A stretch of DNA of 64,000 nt from the human T2T-CHM13v2.0 reference genome, Homo sapiens. The notes under the pieces are model-generated. The model had not been told where the DNA came from. It saw only the letters and a program-made list of their open reading frames with translations, and did no database searches. Shown in pieces: positions 30,042 to 44,622 of this stretch (the first letter of the stretch is position 1; each line of letters opens with the position of its first letter). The DNA is taken from the NCBI RefSeq assembly GCF_009914755.1, contig NC_060926.1. One strand, given 5' to 3'. Position numbers and translations under genes: made by a program.

Positions 30042-31352
30042 ATCTGCAGAAAACCTACAGCTAGCAATATACTTAATAGTGAGAAACTAGAAATTTCCCT
30101 GCTAATGTCAGGACAAAGCAGGAATATCCTCTCTCATCACTCCTTTTCAACATTGTACTGGAATTTCTAGCTAAAGGGATAAGATAAGAAATGGAAATAA
30201 AAGTTATACAGATTGTAAAAGAATAAATAGTATTATCTATGTTTGTATATGACATGATTGTCCATGTAAATAATTTGAAAGAATAAAACATGACAATAAC
30301 AATACTCTTGGAATTAGTGATTATACCAGAATTTCAGGGAAGAAAATTGTATATATACAACAATAAACAATTGAAATTTGAAATGTAAAAATTATTAACA
30401 TTTGTATTAGAACCCTCAAAAGTGAGATGCTTAGATACAAATCTAACAAAATATATGTACAAGATCTATATGAGAAGAACTATAGAACTCTGATTATCAA
30501 AATTAAAGAATTAAAGAACCAGAAACATAGCTCATATTATGATAGGAAGATGCAATATTCCCTAAAGGTCAGTTCTTCACAGCTTGATCCAGATTTTAAT
30601 GTAATCCCAATCAAAATCCCAGGAAGTTATTTTGCAGATGTAGACAAAATAGTTCCATATTTTGTATTGAGAGGCAAAATATCAGAATTGTCAATACAAT
30701 ATTGAAAGAGAAAAATAAATTCTGAGGACTGGCACTACTCAACTTTAGGACTTACTATAAAGCTACAGTAACAAAGACAGTGCAGTATTAGAGACAGAAC
30801 AGACAAATAGATCAAGACAACAGAAGAGACAGCTCAGAAGTATACTCACACAAATATAGTCAACTGATCTTTGACAATAGAGGAAAGATTATATAATGGG
30901 AAAATTAGCATCTTTTTAACAAATTGTGCTGGAACAACTGAGTATCCACAAGCAAAAAGGTTAATATAGACACAGACATTACACTTTTCATAAATATTAC
31001 CTCAAAATGGTTCCTAGACCTATATGTAAAACACAAAATGATAAAACTTGTAAAAGATAACATAAGAGAAAATATATATGACCTTTGGTTTGATAATGAC
31101 ATTTTAGATACAACATCAACGGCATGACCCATGAAAGAAGTAATTAATAGTATGGACTTCACTAAAAAAAATGTCTTGCTCTGAAAAGGCCACTTTTAAG
31201 AGAATGCAAAGAAACACAGCATACTTGGGGAAAAATATTTGCAAAAGATATATCTGAAAAAAGACTTGAATCTAAAATGCAATAATAACACATAATTCAA
31301 GAATGAGAAAAGAAACAACCAGATAAAACATTGAGGAAAAGATATGAAAAGA

Positions 31353-31716
<364 letters not shown>

Positions 31717-32342
31717 TCAAATTAAAACAAAGATGAGATATCACTGTTGGAATGACAAAAACTCAAAACACTGAAGACACCAAATGTTGAGAATGTGGAG
31801 CAAAAGGAAACCTCATTCATTAATGTAAAAATGTAAAGTGGTACAGCCACTTGCAGGAAAGTTTGGCAGTTTCTTACAAAATATATTCTTATCATATAAT
31901 CCAGAAATCACATTCCCTGATGCTTACTCACATTGTGTTCACAAAAAAACTTTCACATTCATATTTATAGCAGCTTATTCATAATTGTCAAAACTTAGAA
32001 GCAGCCATGATATCCTTTGGGAGATTAATGGATAAATTAACCATGTTACATCTGCATAGTAGACTACTCTAGGTGGCTCATGTAAGTGGAATCGTAAAGT
32101 ATTTTTCCTTTTGTGACTGGCTTGTTTAATTTAGCATTATGTCTTTAAGGTTCATTCATACTGCAATGTGTCAACATTTCCTTCCTTTCTAATATTCAGT
32201 AATATTCTATTGTATGTATATATCACATTTTGTTTGTTCATTCATCCTTTGATGGACACTTAAGTAGCTTCTGCCCTTTGGCTATTGTGAATATTGTTTC
32301 TATGAACATGATGTTTAAGTGTCAGTTCAAATTTTGCTTTCA

Positions 32343-32639
<297 letters not shown>

Positions 32640-34459
32640 TCAATTATTTTGGGTATATAACCAGAAAAGAAATTGCTGGATTATATGACAACTCTATTTT
32701 TAATTTTTTGAGAAACCTCCAGACTGTTTTTTATAGTGGTTATACCATATTACATTCCTAGCAACAGTGCATGCACTTTCCAATTACTGCGCATCCTAAC
32801 TTGTTATTTTGGCCTACTGATTTTTGACAAGAGTGACAAGTACGTACTATGGGAGAGGAGGGGTAAGAGTCTCTTCAACAAATGGTGTTGGGAAAACTGG
32901 GTTTTCATACGCAATGAAATAAAATTGAACACCTACTTAATACCATATACAAAAATTTATTTGACATTAATCAACAAACTAAATATAAGCTAAAATTATA
33001 AAATTTATAGAAGGTAGCATAGGAGAAAATATTCATAATCTTGGAATCTGCAATTCATTATTAGATATGACACTAAAAGCAATCAGTAACACAAATTTAG
33101 ATAAATTGGATGATATTCAAATTAAAATATTTTGTGTACCAAAGTATGTTCTCAAGAAAGCTAAAAGACAACCTATACAATGGAATACAATATTTGCAAA
33201 TTATATATCACCTAAGGGTTTAATATCTAGAATAATAATAATAAAACTTCTGCAACTCTACAACAATAACGCCAGTAAACCATTTTAAAAGTGGTCATAA
33301 GCCTTGAATAGAAACTTCTCCAGAGAAGATATACAAATGACAATAAACACATGAAAAGATGCTCAACATCATTAGTCATTCAGGAAATGCAAATCAAACC
33401 ATAATGAGATATCACTTCATATCTACCTGTATGGTAATAATAACAATGAAAAATAATAGATGTTGACAAGGATGTGGAAAAACTGTAACCCTCCTACATT
33501 GCCACTGGGAATGCAAAATGATGCAACCACTGTGGAAGACACTTTGGCAGTTGCCCAAAAGCCAAACAGAACTAAATGTTTTCACTCTATGATTGGGGAA
33601 AATACAAGAAAGCCTGCTCTCGCTATTTTATTCAACTTAGTGCTGAAATTTATACCAGTGTGCTAAGGAAAGAAAAAAAAATAAAAGACATACATATTGA
33701 AAAGAAAGAGATAATTTTTTTTTCAGATGACACAATTATGTATGGAGAAAATCCAAAGAAATCTATAAAAAACCTCCTAGAACCAACAGGTATGTTCAGC
33801 AAGGTTGGAAATAAAAGATCAACATACAAACACAACATAATTAAAAATGGAGAAAATCCTAAAGAATCTATAAAAACATCCAGGAACTAATATGTAATTT
33901 TACAAAGATTGCAAATACAAGATCAAAATACACAAGTCAATTGCACTTCTAAATCTTAGCACTGAATACATGGATTGAAATTTAAAGATAGAATTCCATT
34001 TACAATTACTAAAAAATGAAATATTTAGGTGTAAATGTAACAAAACATGCACAAGATTGTATGTTCAAAACTATACAACACTGATGAAAGAATATCCAAG
34101 ATGAGCTAAATGAGTAGAGATACATATTGCATCAATGGATTGGAAGACTTCACATAGTAAAGTTATTAATTCTCCCATTATAATTTCATATATGAGTTTA
34201 ACACAAAGCTTATAAAAATCCTAGCAATATCTTTTTGTAGATATCAACCAGATTACTATAAAATATATATCCAAAGTGAAAACTAGAACAGCTTAAACAA
34301 TTTTGAAAATATTATATATTGGAGGAAAATGGTCTACCTGGTTTCAAGATTTGTATAGGTACAGTGGTCAAGATTATTTGCTATTTGCAAAGGGACAGAT
34401 ACATCAATCCATGGACCAGAGGAAGAACTTCTTACAGATGCTGATAGAAATGCCCAAAT

Positions 34460-35212
34460 TGATATGGACAGGAGATAGGGAAATGCTGGGTAGAAGAGAG
34501 CGGTTTCCCGGCAAAGGCCCCATCCTCAAACCTGGGAGACCCGTGCCCCTAAATAGGGACAGGCATTCTTGTCTTGTGTTAGGGACAGGCCCAAAATGTT
34601 GCCTTTTGGCCCGCCATGCCCCTTATCCTGTTCCCATATAAACCCCAAAACCCCAGGCTCCAGAAGCAGATAAGCAGACGAGCAAATGCAGAGACAAGCA
34701 GATGGACTTTGGAAGGACGACACGGGCAGAGAAAGAGAGAAGAGGAGGAACGTGTGAATGCCAAGAGGAATTTGGCTGGTCGCGTTTGGAGAAGGGTTCA
34801 ACTCTTGGACAGCCAAACTCCAGGGGAAGATCATCTTCCCATTCCATCCCTCCCTTCTGGCTCCCCATCCGTCTTGCTGAGAACCACCTCCACCACTCAA
34901 TAAAACACTGCATTCATCCTTCAAGCCTGTATGAGACCCAGTTCTTCTGGCTCAGAATACAGAAGGCTGTCACGCTGGCCTTCTGGCCTTGCAGAAAGGC
35001 AGAGGATCCATTGAGCTGGTTAACACTCAAGCCGTCCCTGGACAGCAGGGCTAAATGGGCACACTGTAACACACTCCCACTTGGGCTCTTGCACCTGTCC
35101 ATCTGGGTGCTACCCCGCCCCTCAGGGGATTGAGCAGCAGCAGTGACCAAACAGGCAAGCCACACCCCTGGTTCAGGTCCTGCGAGGGGGATCAGGAAAT
35201 TTTCCTATTTCA
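34460..35212 (+). mobile_element. Solo ERV1 LTR (LTR1/LTR27-like, HUERS group)
   Basis: Starts tgatatggacaggagatagggaaatgctgggtagaagag and ends cctatttca; 4-bp TSD AAAT; TATA-like catataaa and AATAAA present. Confidence 0.82.
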
Positions 35213-36102
35213 AAATGATTTTTAACAAAGGTATAAATTCAATAAAATGGAGGAAATTTTTAACCAATGCTGCTGGAGCAACTGGACATCCACAAGCAAA
35301 AGAAATTAATGTTGACCTAAGTCTCACATTTCATAAAAAAACTGACTCAAAATGAATGACACACATAAATGTAAAAGGTAAAAGTAGAAAACTTAAAAAA
35401 AATATAGGAGGAAATCTTTAGAATTCAGGGCTAGTCAAACAGTTCTTAGATAACAGTGTAAGCACAAACTATAAAATGAAGAATTGATAAACCAGCTTCA
35501 TAAAAATGAAAAGCTTTTGTGCTTTGGAAGAACTTGTTAAAAGATTGAAATGGTCTGCTTCTGAGTGGGAGAAAATACTTCAAACCATATATCTGACAAG
35601 GGACTAGAATGCACAAGTCTCAAAATTCAAGAGTAAAATACCAAACAATTCCATTAGAAAATGGGCAAAATAAGTTGAGGATATATACAAATGGTCAATA
35701 AGCACATGATATGATATTCCACATCATTAGGCATTAAGGAATTGCAAATTAAAGCCAAAGTGAGATATCCCTGCACACCTGTGACAATGGCTGAAATGAA
35801 AAATTGGTAGAACTATTAGGTCCAATATGAGAAGAAACTGGATCTGTCACACATTGCTGGTGGGAATGTAAAATGCTCTAGCCACTTTGGAAAACAGAAT
35901 GGAAGTTTGTTAAAATCAAAACTAACAAACAAAGCTAAACCTGCAACTACCATCTGACTAAGCAATACCGCTACTGGGCGTGGATCGCAGAGAAATAGAT
36001 TCATGTTCGCACAAAAACCTGTACACAAATACTTATAGTAGCTTTATTTGTAATGTCTCCAAACTGCAAAATCCAGATGTCTTTCAGTGAGTAAATTGTT
36101 AA

Positions 36103-36467
<365 letters not shown>

Positions 36468-36984
36468 AAACAGATTTTTTATGTAAGTAACAACTCGGAT
36501 GGCTCTCCAGAGAATTATGGCAAGTGAAAAAAGCCAATCTTATAAGGTTACATACCATATGAATTCATTAATATAACATTTAAAAACTGACAAAATTGTA
36601 GAAATGGAGAGATTAGTGGAGGCCAGAGTCTGGGGAAGGGATGGAGGTGATAGGGAAGTTTGTTGCAAAAAAGCAATGTAAGGCATCCTTGTGGTGAAAG
36701 AACTGTCAAGAGTCTGGATCAATGCCGACATCCTAGTTATGATGTACCCTAGTTTTGATGTTACTATTGGGAGAAACTGGGTAAACGGTGCATAGGGTCT
36801 TTGTGTTATTTCTTGTAACTCCATGTGATTCTTCGATTATCTGAAAAAAAAAAGCTTAAACGGAAATGAAAGAGTACCATATTTAGAAATACTTCATGAT
36901 AAAACACTGATCATAAAGAGAAAAAATAAATGCATCAAAATGAGCATCTCAAAACTGAAGAAGTTGTAATAAAGGTATAAAGCT

Positions 36985-37415
36985 GTGGATTCATTTTGTT
37001 GATTGTTTTCTTTACTGTGAAGAAGCTTTATAGTCTGATTTGATCCCATTTATTTATCCCACTTGATCCCATTTATTTGATCCCATGTATGGATTTTTGC
37101 TTTTGTGGCCTGAGCCTTTGGTGTGGTATCCAAAAATTCATTGGAAGGACAATGTTTAGCAGCATTTCCCCTATGTTCTCTTCTAAGATACTTTCTAGCT
37201 TGCATTTAGGTATTTTATCCATTTTGAGTTGATTTTTGTGTATAGTATAAGGAAAAGGCCCACTTTTATTCTCTGCATGTGAAAATCCAGTTTTTCTAGC
37301 ACAGTTTGTTGAAATAACTGTTGTTTCCTCATTATGTCCTTTTGGTGTCCCTGTCAAAAACTAGTTCGCTGACAAATTCATATGTTATTTCAAGGTTCTC
37401 TCTTTTGTTCCATGG
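36985..37415 (-). mobile_element. L1 ORF2 fragment
   Basis: tttactgtgaagaagcttt...ccattttgagttgatttttgtgtatag...ccagtttttctagcac. Confidence 0.75.
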
Positions 37416-37686
37416 CACCCTCACACCTGAATGACAGTTTGATGTGCACAGAATCCTAGATCAATGGCGATTTTTCATTAGCACTAGAATGATTTTATTT
37501 CATTTTTAAAATATTTTAAATTTTTAAATATTTTGCTCTTATCCCATCATTTTATATTCTATTGTTTATCTAGGAATTTTCAAGTATGCACGAATTTTAT
37601 TTATATCACTAAGGACTTGGCATGCTTCTACAATACAAGGATTCACATCTTTCGTTCAACCTGAAACATTCTCTCAGTTTGCTTCC

Positions 37687-37989
37687 TTTTTTTTTTTTTT
37701 TTTTTTTTTTGAGACAGAGTCTTGCTCTGTCACCCAGGCTGGAGTGCAGTGGCACAGTCACGACTCACTGCAGCCTTTACGTCCTGGGCCTCAGTGATTC
37801 TCCCACCCCAGCATCCTAAATGGGACCACCTGTGTGCACCACCAGGCCCAGCTGGTTTTTACAATTTTTTGTAAAGAAGAGGACTCACAATGTTTCCCAG
37901 GCTAGTCTTGAACTCCTGGACCCAAGTGATCCTCCCGCCTTGGCCCCCTGAATTTCTGGAATTACAAACGTGAGCCACTGTACCTGACC
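37687..37989 (-). mobile_element. AluJ
   Basis: polyT-gagacagagtcttgct...cactgcagcct...ctcctggacccaagtgatcctcccgcc. Confidence 0.92.
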
Positions 37990-40900
37990 CTCAATTCATT
38001 TCTAAGTCTCCTTCTGAGTATTTGTTGGATCATGTCATTTTGTTATCTGTGTTTGCTTACTGCTTGTTTATTGTTTTAAATCTCTGTCTGTTATTACTGC
38101 ATTTCAAAGAGTTTTCTCACATCTTTTTGTAATTTAGCTATGTCTAATTTGCCGTTAAACTTACCAATTAAATTTTTAAATGAAGCTATTATATTTCCTT
38201 TTATTAGATTACTAGTTAGAACATTTTAAGAGCTGTCCTGATTATTCTAATTTTATAACATCTTTTTCTTATATTTTGATTTCTACTCCTACTTTTATAC
38301 CTTTAATACTTTTGAACATAGTGTGTCTTTCAAATTGTCTGATTAGCTGAGGCTCCTGGGACTCTTAATCTTGTGGTTATCAATTTTCTTCTGTTCGGTT
38401 TTCCCTCATGACATGTATAGTTTGAAAGTTTTCTTCATGGGCTTAGTAAACTTGGGAATGACTTTTTCCTACAGATATTAATTTACCTTGGGTTTCTGGA
38501 CATGTCTTCAGTGAGTGAGTTGCCCCAGGGTTTTCCCTGCCCACTTTCGTGTTACATTTTTAGCTTGGAGATGCATAGCCACTATGTGATGTGTAAATGC
38601 TGCCTGTGCATTCACAGGTGTTATAGGTTTAGGGCTCTCCATCTCACAATAGATATTATTCTTTACTTGACATTTCCTCAGGCCTTTGGATGATGTGTTT
38701 TCAGTGTCTCTTTTAGCAAAAAGATACTGATTTCATGAGTTTTCTTTATTCAGAGTCCTTAGTTCCAACTCGATATGGACCCAAGGCCATGTCTCTTGCC
38801 CATGGATGACATGAAAGCCCAGCCCCTGACTACTAAAGCCCATGTTCTGGTGGGATATTACCCCTGACTACAGCATCATCAGCATATTGTAACAGCAAAG
38901 AGAGGCACTTCCAAAGAATTGAAAGCCTTCAATTTGCAATTGGTATGAAAAGCAATAAAAAATTGTTCATCTTTGACTTACACCCAAGAAGATTACTTAA
39001 TAAAATGTGGAAGACTTCTGAATCATGTATTCTCACCTGTGAATGAGGTTTTCTTTTTTGGCCCCATCATATATATTTCCTATAACATAATGTGATAGAA
39101 AATATCCGTTGCAAAATTTCTAAGATATTTTTTGCTGATTGAGACTGGATTATGCCTAGTCATTTTGGAGATTCACATTTGCTGCTTAGCATTTATTTTT
39201 AAATTATATGCATCCAGTGTTCCACCGATATTCTTTCTCATTTCCTTGGAACTTTTTTGTTGTGTTTGTATTTTCAGCCTAGCCTCAATTATGACTCATT
39301 TCCAGTTGTCTCCTCTTTAAAAGTAAAAGAAACATACTGGATTTGGGAAAATCTCCTGTTTTGATTTCTACTTGTTCTTCTCATATTTTTAAGGTGGTGC
39401 CTGCTGTCTTATTTTTTAACCAACCATCAGTTTGCATAATTTAGAAATAAATGGAATAAATTTTGACATCAAGGTCACGGCATCAAGCTTTTGAGGATTA
39501 TTTCAACAACTATGAAATAGGTGATCGTGTAGGTAGAAAACTGTACAGATACTATTACATAGCCATTGCCTCTTTCTAGTTTATTAATTAAAATTATGTA
39601 TGCATGTATCAGCAGAGAATTATAATATAATAATTAGTTGACAATAGCCAATAGCCATTGCCTGTGTAAAAAAAATAGAACTTACTGGCAGCTTTGAAAT
39701 AAGAGGGTATTTTCTCCTTTTACGTTGGATAAAAAGGGAGTCACTATATTACACTTCCGATGAATTACATTAATCTTAATAGAACATTTTCCCTTAAACC
39801 TGCAAGCTATTTTATAATGCTTTATATTTAATTTTTAAAAAGAGGCGCAGACTCTAAAATCTCTTTGCATTCCATGTGAGGAAATAGCTGCCAGAAAAGA
39901 CATGAAGACTTCAAGAGCCTACAGAGGTAGGGCTGATGAAAACCGTACTGTCCAGAGTGTTGCAAGAATGATGTGTGTGCAGGAGTTAGGCTTTCAACAG
40001 CATCACTGAAGGAAAAACCAACATCAACAGGCAAATAATTTTGTGTGGCAAATCGGATTTCCAGACAATTTGGTAAGAGTTTTTACAAAATCACAAATAG
40101 AAATAAAACTTTCAACCTAAGGCCCTAGCCTTTCTAACATTTCAGTTTCTTTTCCGTTTCAGAGATACTATCATTCGCTGAGAGTAGTAAGAAGGCAAAA
40201 CCAACAGCAAAGTAGGTGACATTGGGATTTGAGAAATGACACTGACATAATCAGATTATTTATTCTTCCTGGCAACTCCATGCAATCACTAGTAATACTT
40301 TCTTATACTGAGAGAAAAACAGAGGCTCACAGATTAAACAATTTGCCTTAGATCACAAATGAGAAGTGAATTTAAATCTATCACTACACTTTTGGAAGAC
40401 ATTGGCCAATTACCTACATCAATGTAAGAACGTTAAACATTTAGGAAATGTTTGTTTTTTTTTTTTTTTTTTTCTGAAAACTTCTGAAAAAAAAAAAAAG
40501 GATTATCTAGGGACTAGAAAATGTGTTTCAGGAAGGCACGGAAACACGTCACATACTCTGCTAGAAATATATTTTGCCATAGCAAAATTGTGTAAACAAG
40601 ACTGATTACTCCTTTTCCCACTCTGGGAAGCAGGCTATTTACTCTGGTAGTCAGAGGTGACCCACTAAGTTCAAGCACACATTTCTAATAATGTCAGAAA
40701 ATTCAATACTACAGAAAGATAACAGTTTTATTGGTAGTGTTTGTACTCACACTTCAGAATAAATTAAGCACTAATGTCATCAATAAACTGTCAGAAACAT
40801 AGTTAATGATACAAACTTTTAGCGACTTTTGTCTAAGAAACAGATATGAACAAGCAATTCCACTTAAATATCTATGTTCTGGTCTTTTCCAAGCCCTTTT

Positions 40901-42826
40901 CTTCTGTTATTCATTTTGCTTCACTTTGGTCTCATAATAGTTGCCAATAAAATTGTTTTATTCTCTTCTATTAAGTCTCTTATTATGACTGGTTGAACCT
41001 TCTTGGATTCTGTGTGAACTTCTAAGGAAAGTTGTTTCTCTCAGTAAGATTCCCTGTAGATTTGGTTTAGCTTAATGTGACTATTTATCCTCAGTGATGT
41101 CTTTTCTTGCTGCCATAGAAAAAGGGGAATTCTCTATACTCTTTTTGGTTCAGGGGCTTCCTACTCAGGTCAATTCTGAAAACAAATTCCATGTGGGAAG
41201 ATATATGGAGAAAGAATATTTCCTTTCTTCTTGTGTATTAGCAGCACGTACTCCTGCAGCCTCTCCCTTTTAATAGCAACTCTGTGAGTCACACTCCTAT
41301 TTCAAGATAAGTCTAATGGACAGTCTAAACTGCAGGTGCAACTAAAGAACATCAGTCACCCAAATTTTATAACTTGAATTCCAATACACAAAGTGATTAA
41401 ATGGGGCTAAAAAACATTCAGCAGCAGTGTATAAAGGCTTTACCCCTAGTTTTTCTGGAATGAAAGAGAAAAGAGCCTCAGGGTTGCCTTATTAAACTGA
41501 AACCAAATAGAACCTCTGCTTCATATAAGTGGAGGTATCTCATCATGTGTGTATGTGTCCCTGTGTGTGTGTAACAGAGTCCCTCTCATGGGTAGAATGG
41601 TTTAGTAATGACTCTCAATCCACAAGTAGAGGAATGTAAGATGTCAGAATTGTATTCCTCCTTATGAAGCCAAGATTGTTATGGAATAGAGTGTATATGA
41701 CTGTATTTTAACTCTGCCTCTCTCTAGGGTAATCTCAGTGAATCAAACTTATAATTGCTCTGAAATCAAAGAGAAATAAGCTTTAAAAAACTCACGATTT
41801 ATCCCCCACCCATAGAGTGATTTAAGATAGTTTCTTGTTCCATCCTAAGTGTAAAATATTGCAGTTTACATTTTATTTATGGAAACATAAGTATGCTAGC
41901 AATTTTCTTTGCATAAAACAGATGTATTTTGAGGAAAATATATACTTCCCATGTACCCATTTATAGATATATGGTTTCTCTTGGGAGCTGAAAATATTTT
42001 CATTTTTTCTCTCAAATCCCTCTAGAGGTAATTATCTGCTTACAGTTCTTATTTTCTTTTATAATGAAATAGAATCCTATGATACAGGTTACTAACTCAA
42101 TTAAGGTACTTGGCTTCCTAGCTTTAGTCTATGTTACTAACAAGTAGATTTTTCAGGCTTTGCTTTTTTCTTCTGATAAAACAGTTTCTTAGAATTAAAT
42201 GTTAGCATATTTCAGGATTGAAACTCTATATGTCTATTTTTAATCATATATAATGCAATCATTTATATATGTGCAGTAAACTATACGCACATAGAAAAAT
42301 GAATAGAAATATCTTCCTTTCTCTTAACAATGCCCTATATCTTTATTACCAAAAATGTGAGTCTTATATAGACTTCTATAAGCCATTTCAAATTCTTTAC
42401 AGTCTTTTTGAGCCATGACAAATTATGAGCATATGAATTACAATATATGATATTTCAATCATATATATGTGTATATAATATATATGTGTGTAGATAGATA
42501 GATAGATAGTAGATTGATATCTCCAAATTGACTTGAAGAAGTTCAATTATCTGTCCATTCAGAACTAGAAATGACAGGAAAAGAAGAAAGGAAAGAGTGT
42601 CAACTTAGTGCTTTCATTTTTCCATTTGGAATTTCACCTTTTCCTTATTTGATACAAAGTATTGTGGACATTCCGTTAGGATTGGCACACTTTCCTCCTC
42701 ACTCCACATTGCAGACAGGGTTTCTCACTGGCTTCCAGCTACTTGTCCAAGACTAAACATGCTTGAGAACTAGCTTCACCCTAAAGAGGGAGAGCATGGA
42801 GAGGGGGTGAATGGAGTCTCTTAGGA

Positions 42827-43444
42827 TGAGAATGGTAGCTCCAGCTCTCCTCGCTCAGAAGAGTTAACAGCTGCTGCAGTTTTGCAATCATGAAAGAAGA
42901 TGTGTTAGTTTCCTATGATTGAAGACTTTGTTCCATATCTTTGGATATCCAATGTGATTGGCTGAATAGGGGTATCTTTGGGGCTTGGAGGGGAGAGCAA
43001 AAAGAGGCAGGTAGTTGCCCTTCCAGTGACTCACACCCACCCCTAATTGTCTGTCCTTTGTTTTGGATGGGCTCCAACTCTGAATTTCCCACTTATAATG
43101 TCAGCTGCTCAAGCTTTTTGCTGGCATTCTTCCTTCCTTGTTTTCCTTCAGTATCCCCTGACCCTGCCTTATTTTCCTTCTTCCTTTTTCTGTTATTTCT
43201 CCCTCCCCACAAAAAAAAAAATGTATTGAGTGATTTGCAAATAACCAGTGAGATATGCTACCCGCCTCTTTTGCTCTCCCCTCCAAGCCCCAAAGATACC
43301 CCTATTCAACCAATCACATTGGATATCTAAAGATATGGAAAAAAGTCTTCAATCATAGGAAACTAACATATCTTCTTTCATGATTGCAAAACTGCAGCAG
43401 CTGTTAACTCTTCTGAACGAGGAGAGCGGGAGCTACCATTCTCA
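42827..43444. repeat. Long inverted repeat: arms 42827-43014 and 43258-43444, spacer 243 bp
   Basis: Manual alignment of the left arm against the reverse complement of the right arm: 7 substitutions plus 1 indel in 188 bp. Confidence 0.97.
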
Positions 43445-44345
43445 GGCTCCTTGGGGAAAGAAGAGCTAAATCAGGTAAGGGCAAAATGGTGCAAAGGCTT
43501 AATTAAGATCATGCAGGAACAGTGAGATTGCTGTGCTTCTGTTTTTCTGTCCTTTATCTTAAGAAATATTCATTTTATTCTACAGAAATCTTTAGAAATG
43601 TCAGTTCTCCCCAGACTTGAATTATCCCTAATCTGTCATTCCATAGAGAGAGATCCTAAATAATGTGCTTTAGGAAATGACTAGCCAAACCAATCTGTAT
43701 GCTGGGCTCCCCACAAAACACTCTGTCTTCCTATCTACACTTAGCTTACACAGAAGATAAAATGCTTCATTTCTTTTTAGTGTTGGGTGTTTGGGAAATT
43801 GTCCCCTGTTATTCTAAAAGGTGATCCACAGGTAATGAATGCAGCAGTTAAGCTGGTCCTAGGGAGTGGAATGAGTCTTGTTTTCTGCGCACTACATAAG
43901 GCAAGCTTTAGTGGATTACAAAATTCCAGAAACCCAGAAGGAGAGGATAAATGCTGGCATTACCTTCTGATTTCAGCCATGTGAGACTGTCTCTATTGAA
44001 CAAGATTGGACATGAACAAAGCCAGTCTATTCTCAGCTTGCCAGCTGCAGCTCAGCTTTTGGGTGAAATGAGGTATTTATTTGCTCTCTTCTTCTCTCCT
44101 TGTAGAGGCTCCTCTCATATGAATCATGCGTGTGAGACTCCTTGTACCATTTAAAATTCTTTCTGTCAGCTCCATTCTATCTACATCCATAGGAATATTC
44201 AGTAGAAATATCTGGGGTAGAGTGTGGAGGAGAAAGTTTGAGATTACATATAAACTCATCACTGGATTTTGAGACAGGCTAAGTCTCCACTGCTGATAAC
44301 AAACTTGTCTTAAAGGTAAGCAATCTCTTGTTCAGGAATTTATCA

Positions 44346-44381
44346 ACTGCTTCTTGGCCTTTTGGCTAAGATCATGTGTAG
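44346..44381 (+). pseudogene. U2 snRNA 5' fragment retropseudogene (tailless)
   Basis: actgcttcttggccttttggctaagatcatgtgtag matches U2 nt 1-36; TSD aggaatttatc on both sides. Confidence 0.92.
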
Positions 44382-44529
44382 GAATTTATCTGCTGCAGAA
44401 ATTTACATTGTAATTTAAGTAATGTTTCTTCATGGGCACATGAAGGGCCTACTTTTGATAAAATTCATAAGTCATAATAATTTGAAAGATCTCCTTTTTC
44501 TCTGCCCACCCTACACATCAATGCTTTTA

Positions 44530-44622
44530 AAACTCCCAATGCCCAGCAATTACATCAGAGGCTCTGAGGATGAAACCCAGGCATAAGTATTTTTAATGCT
44601 CCCTATGTGATTCCAATGTGCA
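44530..44622. mobile_element. MER5A fragment
   Basis: atcagaggctctgaggatgaaacccaggcataagtattttta..gtgattccaatgtgca. Confidence 0.65.

Noticed and set aside
34303-35355. Overlapping 95-143 aa ORFs
   Set aside because: They lie within a solo LTR and L1 flanks; no recognisable protein family.
42941-43330. 129-aa ORF spanning the inverted-repeat spacer
   Set aside because: Non-ATG (TTG) start, low-complexity F/L/P/S composition, no family match.
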